A stretch of DNA of 48,168 nt from Chthonomonadaceae bacterium (GTDB lineage: Bacteria; Armatimonadota; Chthonomonadetes; Chthonomonadales; Chthonomonadaceae). Below, piece after piece: positions 1-8,356 of this stretch (within the stretch, counting starts at the first letter, position 1; every line of letters begins with the position of its first letter). The notes beneath the pieces are model-generated. The model searched no databases. It worked only from the letters and a program-made list of their open reading frames with translations, and was not told the DNA's origin. A program made the position numbers and the translations under genes. Location of the stretch: contig DASRGZ010000210.1 in assembly GCA_035650735.1 (NCBI GenBank), positions 1-48,168 of the forward strand, in the 5' to 3' direction.

Positions 1-54
1 CCTCTTCTCCTCAATATCCTGTTCTGCCTGGCTCCGAGGCATCGTGTCGGGCAT
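1..54 (-). CDS. Possible N-terminus of a divergent gene running off the window (MPDTMPRSQAEQDIEEKR...)
   Basis: ATG at 54, open frame to the window edge, purine-rich upstream sequence; too short to assign. Confidence 0.3.
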   Translation of the reverse strand, partial: MPDTMPRSQAEQDIEEKR

Positions 55-136
55 AGAATCGGCTTCTTCCGGCTTCTCCCTCCCTTCTCCCCCGCCGACC
101 GAAAAATTTTATAAAAATCCTCCGTTGCAGCCCGAA

Positions 137-175
137 TCAACGTGATTCAAACGGTCTACAAACGCTCCACAAACG
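137..175. promoter_or_regulatory. Four direct repeats with 11-bp period (TCAACG, CAAACG x3); candidate regulator binding site
   Basis: Repeats start at 137, 148, 159 and 170 in an intergenic region. Confidence 0.45.
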
Positions 176-378
176 GCCGCGTGTTAGAGTAAGGCTGCTG
201 CTACCGCACGACGGCACGTTGACCGCGCCATCGCAGACTTCCAGGGGGAATGCCATAAATTGTCGCCCCCTCCCCCGCGCCTAGAACGGACGCTGGGGGC
301 GTTGCCGTCGGGCCGCAAAAATGCGGCCCTAACATTTCGCCGCGGGCCTGGAAGGCTCCGCAGGCATGAGGAGGACTT

Positions 379-1602
379 ATGACACGCAAGTTTCACAGCT
401 ATCTACTGGCGAGCGGGGGAGTACTGCTGCTCGCCGGGGTTCTCAGCCTAACCGGTATCGGTACCGGTTCGGCGCAAGGACAGGCAGGGACAAACTCCCT
501 GGAGGCCAGAGTCTCAGCACTGGAGACAAAAGTCGCCGACCTACAAGCGGCCCTCAACAACGAGATTGCCGCCCGCCAGGCCGCAGATAACCAGCTTCGC
601 TCTGATCTGACTGCCGAGACAGCGGCCCGCCAACAAGGAGATTCGGACACGCTGGCAGCATCGAAGGCCTACACGGATCAGAAGGTTGCTAACGTGGATG
701 CCGTGAAGCTGGGCGGCGTGCCGGCCTCTGCCTATGCGCTGAAAACCGATGTGGACAGCGAGGCGAGCGCCCGCCAGGCGGCGGATACCGCGTTGAGCGG
801 GCGCATCAGCCCCCTGGAAGCTAAGACGGAGTTCATCAGCATCAACAACGGCAATCAGATGTTCATCCGTCCCGGTTTCCTGCAACTCAATACCGGGTCC
901 ATGTACATAGAGCTCTCTAACGACCGCCTGGTTTGCCTCAATGGGAGTACGGGGGCCAATCTGGTCATGCTGGGCTCCGACGTAATGGTCCGCTCCGCTA
1001 ATCTGCGCTTGCAGAACGGAACGGAAGCGACCTCCATCGCCAACGGACTAGGCAATCTGATCCTCGGCTACAACGAGTCGCGAACGGGCGGGGCTGACGG
1101 CACGGACAACCGCATCGGCTCACACAACCTGATCCTCGGCAGGAAGAACAACTACGACGGTTACGGTGGCATCGTAGCCGGGTATCACAACTCCATTTCA
1201 GGCGAACTCAACAGCGTGCTCGGAGGCACCTTCAACATCGCCAACGGCTTGGCGGCGGTGGTGTGCGGCGGAGGCACCAACCAGGCCTCCGGCAGCCAGG
1301 CCGTGGTCTCCGGCGGTCGGGAGAACGTTGCGCTGGAGGACTCCTCCGCAGTCTCCGGGGGGTTCCACAACCTGGCGTCCAACAGCTTTGCGTCGGTGAC
1401 CGGAGGGGCGTTCAACACCGCTGCGGGTTTGGGTTCCTCCGTTGCCGGCGGCGACAACAACACTGCCAACGGGTTTAAATCGGTTATCAGCGGTGGGCAG
1501 TTCAATATCGTCAATGGCAAGTGGTCGGCCATCAGCGGATGGCAGTCTGTTACCCTGGGCACGGACAACGCCTGGTCGGTGGGTGGATACCATGTGCCGT
1601 AG
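379..1602 (+). CDS. Secreted fibre/adhesin-like protein: coiled-coil stalk plus C-terminal GGxxN beta-solenoid repeats
   Basis: GAGGAGG RBS; signal peptide; EIAARQAAD-type coiled-coil repeats; DAVKLGGVPASAY motif; ~14-aa N-x-A-x-G-x-x-S-x-V-x-GG repeats. Confidence 0.7.
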   Translation: MTRKFHSYLLASGGVLLLAGVLSLTGIGTGSAQGQAGTNSLEARVSALETKVADLQAALNNEIAARQAADNQLRSDLTAETAARQQGDSDTLAASKAYTDQKVANVDAVKLGGVPASAYALKTDVDSEASARQAADTALSGRISPLEAKTEFISINNGNQMFIRPGFLQLNTGSMYIELSNDRLVCLNGSTGANLVMLGSDVMVRSANLRLQNGTEATSIANGLGNLILGYNESRTGGADGTDNRIGSHNLILGRKNNYDGYGGIVAGYHNSISGELNSVLGGTFNIANGLAAVVCGGGTNQASGSQAVVSGGRENVALEDSSAVSGGFHNLASNSFASVTGGAFNTAAGLGSSVAGGDNNTANGFKSVISGGQFNIVNGKWSAISGWQSVTLGTDNAWSVGGYHVP

Positions 1603-1815
1603 GCCCATCGCTGCAAGCTCCTATGGGCCTACGCCCCAAGGAGCGAGGCATCCGGTGTCCCCGAAAGGCCCGTTCGTCTTGACCCGTCGCGCGCAAATGC
1701 CGTAACTGCCGCGTCCCTCTGGCCGGCGGCACCATCTTCTCTGCCGCCGGCCCAATGACAGGAAGACCCATCCGCCATCCCTACAGACGGTTGGATGGGC
1801 AAGGAAACTTCTACC

Positions 1816-2970
1816 ATGCTGCGTTATCCATCTTGTTTCACTGCGGCTTGCCTCGCCGCCAGCTCGAAGCGCATAGCGCTTGCCCTTATCGCGATTATCT
1901 GCCTTGCTGTCGGCATCGGCAGGCCCGCGTGCGCGCAGGAAGAGGCCGACCTCTGGGACATAAGCCAGGGGGTCCGCGTCCTCCGGGATTCCGGCACGCT
2001 GGACCTGAGAAACGTCTACGGCCCGTATTCGGCCTACTACTCGGACATCCTGAATATGTTCGGCGGGACCTTCGGCGGGCTTGAGCCGGACGCCTGGCCC
2101 CATCAGGGCACGCTGTTCCAGGACTTCAAGCCTGCCGGGTTCATTCACTTCGTTGAGTGGCGCACGCCTGCCCCCATGCGCCTGACGCGCTTCCGGCTCT
2201 ACGCGAACGGCGATGGGCCGGACCTGGACAACCAGCGCGACTTCGCCAGGTTCACGCTGAAGATCAAGGGCTCGTCGGGCGCGTGGCAGACGATCTACGA
2301 CGACACGCCCACTCATCCGGAGTATGCGTGGACCTCGTTTCCGGCTCCCCTGCTCGATGTCACCCTGCCCTCCGCTGTAGACGCGCAGGACTTCCGCGCG
2401 GAGTTCGTCCAGTACGGCTCAGCGAACCTCTACGGGCCGCGCATCGAGCGCCTACAGGGATTCGGCACATTCCTTGGCTCCCCGTGGCCCCGCGCTCCCA
2501 GGGTGACGGTGCAGAAGATCATCCCGTGGGTGGATTGGTTCCATCTGCCCCTGGACTCCGCCGTGCTCAAGCCGGCAGGCTGGTGGCTGAACCAGTACGT
2601 CGTAGTCAGAAATGAGGGCAACGCGCCGGCCTATGACGTGAACCTGGATGGAGCAGAGACATTTGGCATCCATCCGGGTTACCTGGCTTATGCCCAGAGC
2701 AGCCCGCTGGGCATCTGGAAGCCGATCCACTGGGACAATCTCCTCTACGTCCCCACGCCGTGGTATGGGCTTCAGCCCGGAGAGCAGGTGGTCGTGCGTC
2801 TGGAGTATTCGCTGGACTTCTGGAGCTATGCGGCACCTCCGGTCAAAAGCGGCGACCGCTTCCCGACGCGCATCTCCGGCTCGTACTATTCGGAACCGGC
2901 GAACATCTTCCGGTCGCCCTTTAGTCTTCTGGAATTCAAGGCCATCTTCCCCACGAATCGCATCCCGTAG
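1816..2970 (+). CDS. Secreted hypothetical protein, probably beta-sandwich domains
   Basis: AAGGA RBS before ATG 1816; signal peptide ending ACA-Q; aromatic-rich; VVVRNEGNAPA resembles CARDB/Ig-like strand. Confidence 0.65.
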   Translation: MLRYPSCFTAACLAASSKRIALALIAIICLAVGIGRPACAQEEADLWDISQGVRVLRDSGTLDLRNVYGPYSAYYSDILNMFGGTFGGLEPDAWPHQGTLFQDFKPAGFIHFVEWRTPAPMRLTRFRLYANGDGPDLDNQRDFARFTLKIKGSSGAWQTIYDDTPTHPEYAWTSFPAPLLDVTLPSAVDAQDFRAEFVQYGSANLYGPRIERLQGFGTFLGSPWPRAPRVTVQKIIPWVDWFHLPLDSAVLKPAGWWLNQYVVVRNEGNAPAYDVNLDGAETFGIHPGYLAYAQSSPLGIWKPIHWDNLLYVPTPWYGLQPGEQVVVRLEYSLDFWSYAAPPVKSGDRFPTRISGSYYSEPANIFRSPFSLLEFKAIFPTNRIP

Positions 2971-3003
2971 GGTGCGGTCTGGGCGGTGTGCACAGCCGCT
3001 CGG

Positions 3004-3048
3004 CCAGGCCCCTGCCGCAAACTATGCCCGGATGGGGCAGGGGCCTGG
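3004..3048. terminator. Intergenic GC hairpin (CCAGGCCCCTGCC...GGCAGGGGCCTGG)
   Basis: 13-bp inverted repeat just after stop at 2970; no U-tract. Confidence 0.4.
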
Positions 3049-3053
3049 CGCCG

Positions 3054-3089
3054 CTCTAATTTCGGTTACCACTCTAACTTCGGTTACCA
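3054..3089 (+). repeat. Tandem 18-bp duplication CTCTAA(T/C)TTCGGTTACCA abutting the RBS
   Basis: 3054-3071 vs 3072-3089, one mismatch. Confidence 0.85.
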
Positions 3090-3105
3090 AAAGGAGACAC
3101 GTACC

Positions 3106-4515
3106 ATGTTTCGTCGTTTCGGCAGTATCTTGCGTCCCGCACTGCTGGGCGGCTTCATGGCCCTCAGCGGCCTGGCCGGGCCCGCCGCTGCCTCTGCACA
3201 GGGGCCAGCTTACAGTTTCACCTCCGCGCCGGTCAGCAGCGATACACCGCTTAGCCTGGGCTTCGTCTTCACTACCAATACGGCGGTGACGGTAAGCACG
3301 CTGGGCTACTATGATGATGGACAAGACGGATTCGCCGCCCCGCACGAAGTCGGCATTTTTGACGGCTCCGGGACGCTGTTGACCTCGACGCTCCTGCCGG
3401 CAGGCACCGGGGCAACGCTGGACGGTCTGTTCCGTTACCAGACCATCCCCTCCCTGACGCTGCCCGCAGGACAGACCTTTACGCTGGCGGCCACCACCTA
3501 CGGCCCAGCAGACCTATGGGCCTACGGCTCTAGCTTAGCAGGCACGGGCTTCTCCATCGTCGGACTTACGGTCAATCCAGACATAACGATTGCCTCCGAC
3601 GCGAGTCGGTATCTGTACCAAAACGATAACGTGCTGCGCCTGCCAACCAATAGCTTCGGGTATACGCTCTACGCGGGTCCGAACTTCAATGGGGCGCTTG
3701 GGCCTGTTGTCACTCCGCCTCCCGGAGCCGTTCCCGAACCCGGCGCTCTCGCCCTCCTGCTAGGCTGCGGCCTCTGCGGGGCCGGCTTTGCCGTGCGCCG
3801 ATTGTCTGTACCGCCGCGGATTGCTTCGCCAGGATATGTGCCCGAACCGCCTCTTTCTCACTCTCAACGCAAGGAAAAGCCCATGCATATCTATGTCAAG
3901 CCTGGCGCTCTCTCCATTGCCCGGCCTGCTCTGAGCAAAATGGCCCGATGCACTGCTGTAACTGCGGCAAGCCTTTCCCTGCTGGCTCTCGCCGTTACGG
4001 CCCGTGCCCAGGAAGCCTCTCCGGAAAAGTTAAAACCGTTCTATCCTATGCTCGGATCGTGGGTCCCCGGCAAGAACAAGACTTGCGTCATCGTCGGCGA
4101 GAAATACACTCTTTTAGGAGTGGACATCAAACTATGTGGTGACAAAGACCACATGCTTTTCGATGTGTTCGTTAAAGAACGCAAAGAACCCTACGAATGC
4201 TACGTGGGCTTCTGCAACAAACATCAGAGGTGGGAATTCGAGGGCAAGGGCGACTATACCCTGGTTCAAGAAGGAAAAAACGTCCTGTTCCGGCTATCAG
4301 GCGCTCAGGGGAATCCTATAGACCCTTCCAACTTAAAGGAGACAGACTCCCCTACTCTCGTTGAGAAGAAGCGCTCTTTCGAGATGGGCGGGGGAAAAAC
4401 GCTGTCCCTTAAATTCACGGACACCGATTTTGAGGGAGATAAGCCGCTCAACATTGACGCCCCTAACATGAGGAAGCTGACTTCAAAGAGGAAGCTAACT
4501 TCAAAATCGAAGTAA
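3106..4515 (+). CDS. DUF4082-like PEP-CTERM protein, reading in frame into a second secreted protein
   Basis: AAGGAG RBS; signal peptide; LGFVFT...LGYYDDGQDG...HEVGIFD pattern; VPEP-hydrophobic-RR sorting signal near 3730-3801 with no stop after it. Confidence 0.7.
   Translation: MFRRFGSILRPALLGGFMALSGLAGPAAASAQGPAYSFTSAPVSSDTPLSLGFVFTTNTAVTVSTLGYYDDGQDGFAAPHEVGIFDGSGTLLTSTLLPAGTGATLDGLFRYQTIPSLTLPAGQTFTLAATTYGPADLWAYGSSLAGTGFSIVGLTVNPDITIASDASRYLYQNDNVLRLPTNSFGYTLYAGPNFNGALGPVVTPPPGAVPEPGALALLLGCGLCGAGFAVRRLSVPPRIASPGYVPEPPLSHSQRKEKPMHIYVKPGALSIARPALSKMARCTAVTAASLSLLALAVTARAQEASPEKLKPFYPMLGSWVPGKNKTCVIVGEKYTLLGVDIKLCGDKDHMLFDVFVKERKEPYECYVGFCNKHQRWEFEGKGDYTLVQEGKNVLFRLSGAQGNPIDPSNLKETDSPTLVEKKRSFEMGGGKTLSLKFTDTDFEGDKPLNIDAPNMRKLTSKRKLTSKSK
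3883..4515 (+). CDS. Secreted hypothetical protein with own start (MHIYVKPG...), Lys-rich, lower GC
   Basis: AAGGA RBS at 3871, ATG 3883, signal peptide ending TARA-Q; ends with an 18-bp duplication (RKLTSK x2). Confidence 0.6.
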   Translation: MHIYVKPGALSIARPALSKMARCTAVTAASLSLLALAVTARAQEASPEKLKPFYPMLGSWVPGKNKTCVIVGEKYTLLGVDIKLCGDKDHMLFDVFVKERKEPYECYVGFCNKHQRWEFEGKGDYTLVQEGKNVLFRLSGAQGNPIDPSNLKETDSPTLVEKKRSFEMGGGKTLSLKFTDTDFEGDKPLNIDAPNMRKLTSKRKLTSKSK

Positions 4516-4569
4516 TAGCGACAACAAAGGAGCGGCGACCACGCTAACTGCGGATGGCCCCTCTGCTGC

Positions 4570-4600
4570 AAGCCTCCTGCCGCCTGGCGGGAGGCTTTTG
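4570..4600 (+). terminator. Rho-independent terminator between convergent genes
   Basis: AAGCCTCCTGCC-GCCT-GGCGGGAGGCTT followed by T-rich sequence. Confidence 0.7.
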
Positions 4601-4608
4601 CTGTTTGG

Positions 4609-6042
4609 TTAACGGGCGCGGCGGCGGCCGCCGAGGAGGCGGGCCAGGCCGGAAGGTTGGAGGTCAGAAACGAGGAGGCGCTGCTGGATGCCCTCCCGTG
4701 CCAGCAGGTACTCGGCAGCCCGGTAGCCGCTGCGGGCCGCGCCCTCCATCGTGGAGGGCCAGCCGGTCTGGGTCCACTCTCCGGCGACGTAGAGGTTGGC
4801 AAGGGGGCTGCGCTGGTCAGGACGGAGGGCTTCCACGCCGGGTTGCGGGGAGATCGTCGCTTTGGGCCACTTCACGACATAGGACTTGACGACGTTGGCC
4901 TGCCGCGCGTCCGGCACGCAGGCGCGCACATCCTCCAGCACCTGCGCGATCAGGGCCTCTTTGGGCGTGCTTGCATACCGATGCGAGGCGCTGATGACCA
5001 TGCTCAGGTACGTCCCCTCCGTCTCCGGCAGGCCGAAGGTCTTTGTCTTGTTGAAAATCCACTCCGTCTCCCGGTCAAGCAGGGCCAGGACCTCCGGACA
5101 GTCCAGCAGGCGGTCGAACCACAGATGCACGCCCACGAGAGGCGCAAGCTCGATCCGCTTCAGGTTCTCCCAGTAGGGCACGCCCGCCGTCACCTCCGGC
5201 GGCAGGAGCTTAAGCAGCAGGTCAAACTGCAATGCGCTGATGTAGTAGTCCGCCGTGATGCGCTCGCCGTCCCGCAGAGAAATCCCCGTCACGCGCCCGC
5301 TCGCGCCCCCCTCAATATGTATCTTATCCACAATCGTACGCGTATGAACACAGCCGCCGCGCTGCTTGAGATAGGCGAGGGTCGGCTCCGTGTAGAGCGT
5401 GCCCAGCGGCACCGTCGGGATGCCGAAGTGGAACGCCTGCGGATGCAGCAGGAAGCCGTCACGGAAAATCTGGAAGGCGTGCGCGCAGGAGATGCGCTCT
5501 AAATCCTCGTTGCACGCGCTGACCAGGATGGGACGCCAGAACCGCTTGATGGCCCGCTCGGTCTGTCCCATCTGCCGAAACCAGGCGGCGATGTCCAGGG
5601 CGTCGTACCTGGGATCACGCCGAGAGACGAGCATAGCCATAAGCCCACGCGCGATGGCGAGCTTGTCGCGGATGCCGAGCGAGCGGAAGCATAGGAAGGA
5701 GAGAGCAGTATGCATCGGCGCGGGCAGTCCGCAGCCGGCGATGACCGAACGCTTGCCCTCGCCATCGAGGAAGGGAATCGCGTCGAAGTAGCGGATTTTG
5801 TCATGGACGCCCAGGCGCTCCAGCAGGTCGGCGAGGTTGGTGCAGCAGCGCATCGTGCCGTGCTGGCACTCATCCACCCGCTCGCCGGTCTGGTGGTCGA
5901 AGAACGAGGAGGCACGTCCGCCCAGCAGGGGCCGCTTCTCGAAGAGCGCGACATGGAACCCGGCATCGGCCAGGGGAAGCGCGGCGGCAATGCCCGCTAC
6001 GCCCCCACCGATGATGATAATCGACTTGCCGACAGAGTTCAT
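4609..6042 (-). CDS. hpnE: Hydroxysqualene dehydroxylase HpnE (FAD oxidoreductase)
   Basis: IIGGGVAGIAAA Rossmann motif, LGGRASSF, C-terminal GWPSTMEGAARSG; follows hpnC/hpnD. Confidence 0.9.
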   Translation of the reverse strand: MNSVGKSIIIIGGGVAGIAAALPLADAGFHVALFEKRPLLGGRASSFFDHQTGERVDECQHGTMRCCTNLADLLERLGVHDKIRYFDAIPFLDGEGKRSVIAGCGLPAPMHTALSFLCFRSLGIRDKLAIARGLMAMLVSRRDPRYDALDIAAWFRQMGQTERAIKRFWRPILVSACNEDLERISCAHAFQIFRDGFLLHPQAFHFGIPTVPLGTLYTEPTLAYLKQRGGCVHTRTIVDKIHIEGGASGRVTGISLRDGERITADYYISALQFDLLLKLLPPEVTAGVPYWENLKRIELAPLVGVHLWFDRLLDCPEVLALLDRETEWIFNKTKTFGLPETEGTYLSMVISASHRYASTPKEALIAQVLEDVRACVPDARQANVVKSYVVKWPKATISPQPGVEALRPDQRSPLANLYVAGEWTQTGWPSTMEGAARSGYRAAEYLLAREGIQQRLLVSDLQPSGLARLLGGRRRAR

Positions 6043-6063
6043 TGCGAGCCCAATCCTCAACGC

Positions 6064-7005
6064 CTACCGGAACTGGAAGCCTGGAATGCCGGAACGGAGG
6101 TTCAACCGGCTGGCAAGCCAGGCCCGCGCGACAATGCCCAGCTTTTTGGGCGTGCTGACGCGGGCGCGGCGGCTAAAGACGTCGTAGTCGTTGCGCTCGA
6201 TGCTGTCGAGAATGCCCCGATAGATCTGGAACATAATGGCAAACGTGGGACGACCGGGCGCGTGGATAAGCGGGAGGAGGGCCTGCGCCTGGTCGTAATA
6301 GCCCTGGGCGCGCTCCACCTCGAAGCGCATCAGGGCGCGGAACGGAGAGTTTGCCAAGCCGCGCTTCAGGTTCTCCTCGGCCACGCCGAACCGACGCAGA
6401 TCCTCCTGCGGCAGATAGATCCGGTCGCGCTCGGCGTCCTCTTTCACGTCGCGCAGGATGTTGGTCAGTTGGAAAGCCAGCCCGCACGCCTCCGCGTACT
6501 CCAGGGCCTTTCCCTCCGCCGCGTCGAATCCCCACACATGAAGGCAGACGAACCCGACCACGCTCGCTACGCGATAGCAATACTGATACAGCTCATCAAA
6601 GGTTTCATAGCGCTTCTTGCTCAGGTCCATCTCCGTACCATCGATCAGGGCATGAAAGTAGCGGGCCGGAATACCATAGCGCTGCACCGTATCGTGAAAG
6701 GCGGGCAAGATCAGGCTCTGGCCGTAGTCGCCGTCCAGCGCCCTGTCCAGAGCAGCACGCCAGGCGCGCATCTGCGCCGCTTTGGAGTGATCGGCGGCGG
6801 CCTCGTCGGAGACGTCGTCGCTATAGCGCATGAAGGCGTAGATAGCGCACATGGCCGCCTTGCGCTCCGGCGGCAGCGTCACGAAGGAGTAGTAGAAGTT
6901 GCGCGCCTGCGTCCGGGCCACCTGCTCGCAATGGCGATAGGACTCGGCCAGGCGCTCCGGCGTGATGGACGGCACGGCAGGTTGTGAGAGTGTCTCAGAC
7001 TTCAT
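6064..7005 (-). CDS. hpnD: Presqualene diphosphate synthase HpnD (squalene/phytoene synthase family)
   Basis: NFYYSF, DDVSDE, YCYRVASVVG, FQLTNILRDVKED motifs. Confidence 0.88.
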   Translation of the reverse strand: MKSETLSQPAVPSITPERLAESYRHCEQVARTQARNFYYSFVTLPPERKAAMCAIYAFMRYSDDVSDEAAADHSKAAQMRAWRAALDRALDGDYGQSLILPAFHDTVQRYGIPARYFHALIDGTEMDLSKKRYETFDELYQYCYRVASVVGFVCLHVWGFDAAEGKALEYAEACGLAFQLTNILRDVKEDAERDRIYLPQEDLRRFGVAEENLKRGLANSPFRALMRFEVERAQGYYDQAQALLPLIHAPGRPTFAIMFQIYRGILDSIERNDYDVFSRRARVSTPKKLGIVARAWLASRLNLRSGIPGFQFR

Positions 7006-7028
7006 TGGGTAGCGGGTGGTTTAGATAA

Positions 7029-7129
7029 CCCAAGTTGCTACCTAGGAACACGTTTGAGAGAGAATCGCTCTGGAAACCGGCTTTTGCATCACCGTTTGCC
7101 TTCTCGAAGAGGCAAGGTAGCAACTTGAG
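7029..7129. mobile_element. 101-bp MITE between hpnC and hpnD
   Basis: TIRs CCCAAGTTGCTACCT / AGGTAGCAACTTGAG; 8-bp direct repeat TTAGATAA at 7021-7028 and 7130-7137. Confidence 0.8.
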
Positions 7130-8032
7130 TTAGATAATTTTCAGCAGGCGTTGGAGCAGGAGGGCGAGTTGGCGGCGCTTGGGGATGGCAGGCCGATGGG
7201 TCAGGACGTCGTAGCCCTGGCCTTCGATCAGGCGCAGCACCTCCAGCCCGCCCCGGTTAAACATCTCGATGTCGAGACGCACCCGCTTGTTCACCAGCGC
7301 GCAGAGCTTTATGCCCTCCGCAAAGAGCGCGCGCGTTCGCTCCACTTCAAACTGCATCAGGGCAGCAAACTCAGGCGTGAAGCGGCGCGCAAACAGCAAC
7401 GCCTCAGTATACCCGAAATGCTCCATATCCTCTAAGGGAATATAGATGCGGTTCTTCTCCAGGTCGCGCGTCACGTCCTGCCAGAAGTTGGCCAATTGCA
7501 GGGCGGTGCAGGTCTTATCGGAGAGGGCCAAGCGCTCGGCATCGTTGTAGCCGCACAGGTACAGCACCAGCCGCCCGACAGGGTTCGCGGAGTTCCGGCA
7601 GTAGCCGAGCAGATCGGCATAGGTCGGGTAGCGAGTGGTGGTCTGATCCTGCCGGAAGGCCGTCAGCAGGTCGCGGAAGGGGTCAGGCGGGATGGCGAAC
7701 TTCTCCACCGTCTCGGCGAGGGCGACAAAGACCGGATGGCGCGGCTCACCCCGGTACATCGCGTTTAGTTCGTCTCCCCACCAGTCCAGCAGGACGAGCG
7801 ATTTCTGCGGATCGCCGATCTCGTCGCCCAGGTCGTCACTGATGCGGCAGTAGGCGTAGACGTTATAAAAGTGCTGCCGCAGCGGGCGCGGGCAGAAGAG
7901 GGTCGCCACCAGGAAGTTCTCGTAGTGCGATTTGGCGAGATGTTCACAATAACGCCGCGCCTCCTCCATTGTGACCGGCCCGGCGACGCGGTAGGGATGT
8001 TCAATTTCCGACGCTGTAGGAATGATGCTCAT
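7130..8032 (-). CDS. hpnC: Squalene synthase HpnC
   Basis: HYENFLVA, DDLGDE, YCRNSANPVGRLVL, LQLANFWQD motifs. Confidence 0.92.
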   Translation of the reverse strand: MSIIPTASEIEHPYRVAGPVTMEEARRYCEHLAKSHYENFLVATLFCPRPLRQHFYNVYAYCRISDDLGDEIGDPQKSLVLLDWWGDELNAMYRGEPRHPVFVALAETVEKFAIPPDPFRDLLTAFRQDQTTTRYPTYADLLGYCRNSANPVGRLVLYLCGYNDAERLALSDKTCTALQLANFWQDVTRDLEKNRIYIPLEDMEHFGYTEALLFARRFTPEFAALMQFEVERTRALFAEGIKLCALVNKRVRLDIEMFNRGGLEVLRLIEGQGYDVLTHRPAIPKRRQLALLLQRLLKII

Positions 8033-8150
8033 AAGCTTTCTGTTGGGATCAAAGACGGCGTTCCGGCTCGTGCTTTCAGGCGCACGATTAGTATAGTTTA
8101 TTTACCGGGTTTTGACAACCGTTGCTGAGAGTGTTTACGGTACCTGCCGG

Positions 8151-8346
8151 GCAGCCCACCCGTAAACGAGTGGGCTGCGGATGGCAAGCCCCATCAATGG
8201 GGCTACGCAGTGTGGATCCGTTCCTGCCAGAGGCAAAAGCGGCCAATCGCTCCGCCGGGAAAAGCTCCCTTACAGGGGGCTTACCTGCCTCTGGTAGCCC
8301 CATTCCGGGAGCTTGCCGTCACAGCCCGGTCCTTTAGGGCCGGGCA
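8151..8346. repeat. Cluster of AGCCC...GGGCT short palindromes (REP/BIME-like)
   Basis: About five hairpins (e.g. AGCCCCATCAATGGGGCT) plus nested pairings. Confidence 0.6.
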
Positions 8347-8356
8347 GCAAATCGCT

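Noticed and set aside
379..1602. Prophage tail-fibre gene
   Set aside because: Has a signal peptide and no phage genes nearby
1625..1672. Possible ribozyme or riboswitch three-way junction
   Set aside because: Lacks the hammerhead CUGAnGA core or any recognisable aptamer motif
6064..7005. Carotenoid crtB call
   Set aside because: Position between hpnC and hpnE favours HpnD
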